64,000 nt of DNA. It comes from Chiloscyllium plagiosum. Lineage: Eukaryota. Shown piece after piece: positions 61,466 to 64,000 of this stretch (position 1 is the stretch's first letter; every line of letters begins with the position of its first letter). The stretch covers positions 7,223,906 to 7,287,905 of the forward strand of contig NC_057754.1 of NCBI RefSeq assembly GCF_004010195.1. The letters run 5' to 3'. Made by a program: the position numbers and the translations under genes. The notes beneath the pieces are model-generated. The model saw only the letters and a list, made by a program, of their open reading frames with translations, was not told where the DNA came from and searched no databases.

Positions 61466-64000
61466 TTCAACCAGGAAACTTCTGTCACGCATGTCCTGGG
61501 TACACACTGCCTGCATCAACTGAGCTGGTGGATGCCAGAATGTTGCTTACCATAACAAGATCAGTTTAATACTTCACTCTCCACGAGCTCTCAGACTTTG
61601 CATCATTGCGATTAAGCATTTATGTTTACAGCAGAGAAACAGCTCATTGCTGCAGCAAGCAGGCTGCACCTTTCACACTTTCAAATGCCAGTGTCAGAAT
61701 TTTTAAAATACATCATTAAGGCTTTTATAAACAATATGCAGCAACAAGACAGATCGTGGGTTTCGAAATCTAGCAAAACTTTAAATTTATTCAGTCATCC
61801 TCAGTTGCCTTTTTTCCACCACTCTCCACAACAGCATGTTTACCCTTTCCTGATAATTATATCTGAAACAAACATGTTAGCCAGTGGTGAAGTGAAATTA
61901 AGTTTGGGTGTCCAACATCATTGATGACAGGAAAGACTGGAAGATCAAGACCTAAAATGTTGGTCCAGTCAGCAAGATCCACATCCCATGAGTGAATAAA
62001 ATAAAGGATTGCAAAAGGATGCAGTGCCCTTGTAATTTGAGTGACAAAAGATGTGTTTCAGAGGTAGGCAGAGTTAAAAGAGACATAAAAAGAAATAAAC
62101 CAAAAGGAAAATAGAGACTAGGAACAGAAGTTAGTGCCTGTAAAAGTTATATTTAGAAAGTGGCAGACCAAATAAAAAAGATTTTGACCAGCTTTACGCC
62201 AGTGACAAACTACCAAAACCCCAGAGGTGCACAATAGCAGACAACCCATCTGCTAATGAAATGGTGGTACCATCAAACATACATCAAGCTACAACTTTCA
62301 AGGTGATAGATAAGTGATAATCTATAACTTTAAAAAAAACCATCTAAGGATAACATAACAAAGGCTGAAAAGGCAAGAGGGATAGATGAATGTGACTAAT
62401 ATCCAAGGAAGGAGTGTGGACTGCCTGCAAGGACTACAGGGAAAGTCCTGAAGAATGTACTACAAGTATCACAAGGAATATCTACAAGACATGAAATTTT
62501 ATTATAGCTGAGGATCCAACAAATGTGTCAGGAATAAGAAAGTGGCCCTGGTCGTAATAGCAGAATAGACCTGAGCAACCGATGAAAGCTCTTTATCAAA
62601 GTTAGGTTTGGAGGAAGACTTTTCTGGCTATTTAATTTCACCACTTCACATCAAGATTAAAATTGAAGAGAACTGGAACAGTACTTTTCTCAGCCATGAG
62701 CGAGCAAATATACCACTGCGTTGAAGGCAGCTAGAAAGGAAAAGAAAAACGCTAAACATTGAGACAGACACAGTTTTGGCAAGATGCCAGGAGTGATTGT
62801 AGGAGAGTTTGGAAGGGAGCCAATGACAACATTCATCTACAGATGTCAGCTGTAAAGACAGAGGCCGAATGAGCTTGAAAATGCTGTAGAGTGAATTTGT
62901 GGAAACCGATGGCATACCAAATCTTGTCACTACCATTGCAACTGTTATATGGCCTTCGCCAAAAACAACTCAATGGGGAAAACAAGTCAACATTTCTTCA
63001 TCGAAAACAGCAAGGAATCCAAAACTAACAAAATGAAGTACATTACAAGTGCAGACAAGAGGAGAGCCAGTTTGGGGCACAGACAGGCTTTAAAGTAAAA
63101 GGTGTAATAACAGAGCAGAGTTAAGATACAGAAAAAGATTGCAGCAGTTGAGAAAAGAAATGCAAGTTCAACTTTGTTGCCCAGCTCTCCCCAAGTGGCT
63201 ACTGCATTCTTTCCTAATAGACCATGGCATTCTGCAGTCCCAAAGTTCAACCTTCAAGTTGGAAAAGCTCATTCAGTTGACTGGGGGTTGGAGGTGGCAA
63301 GCTGTGTACATTACACCCCTTCCTAATCTGTTCAGATGTGGTTTTCTGCCTTTCTCTCCCTCTTACCTCTATATGTGCCTCTTTTTCTCAGTCTCCATTT
63401 CCGTCTTCCTGGCTTTCTTCCATCCCCCCGGAATCCATTATGCTCGATTCCTGATTGCTGGGGGGCTGAACAGAGTCAGGGAAGCAATTTAGTGTCAAAT
63501 AATTCATGTTTAGTTCCAGGCTTGAACAGGGCCTAACTATTTGGGAGAACGGCTTTATTGCAATCCCAGAGTACTTTAAATCATACAATCTGGTCACAGT
63601 AAAGAAATATCCACCTCTGACTTTGCTGAGCCATGTTGAGACACCATGAGCAAGACTTTGGCAACTGCTACTCTGCTCCTTAGTGGTGTCACTGCTATGG
63701 ATACCTATCACAACAAAACTCATTTAAGATCAGCTCTGACAAGATAGACTGCAGTATAAGATACGACAGTCACTGTGTGCAGAAATAGAAGTAACTTTAA
63801 TATCAAGGCAATGTGAAAGTGTTTGACTTGGAAAGGATAGAGATGCTAATAAGAATTATGCTAGATGGCAACCAATACTGGATCACAACTTAAACCTCTC
63901 GCATTTACTAAGAAGCCATATTGGAAGTCAATTTCAATTTGTCACTCACAAATCAGTTCTCATTTAGTAAACCTAAGCAAGTTCAAAACTCCTTCTGCTC

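Noticed and set aside
54703..64000. NXF1 exon 1 and promoter
   Set aside because: No CpG island and no convincing short ATG exon with a phase-1 donor found; most likely beyond the window.

Overview
This is vertebrate genomic DNA, almost certainly a cartilaginous fish (shark), judged from its HE1-like tRNA-derived SINEs, CR1/HER1-like LINE fragments and Penelope-derived palindromes. The window is dominated by NXF1/TAP (nuclear RNA export factor 1) on the minus strand. I traced 20 coding exons by hand (exons 2-21, 54702 down to 8061); all introns are GT-AG with consistent phases, giving 1838 nt of CDS. Exon 1 is not found and is probably right of the window. The conserved 110-nt exon / intron 10 / 37-nt exon cassette is intact. 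Intron 10 contains a clear constitutive transport element (CTE) stem-loop at 34658-34744, a read-through ORF for a short NXF1 isoform, and candidate decoy splice sites. Downstream of the stop is a region of about 5.8 kb with no recognisable transposon, ending at an AATAAA (2252-2257) and carrying a duplicated element of about 60 nt. The introns hold many short inverted-repeat Penelope-derived insertions with minimal hammerhead ribozyme cores. Beyond a 500-N gap at the left end lies a large acidic, repetitive coding exon of an unidentified gene.
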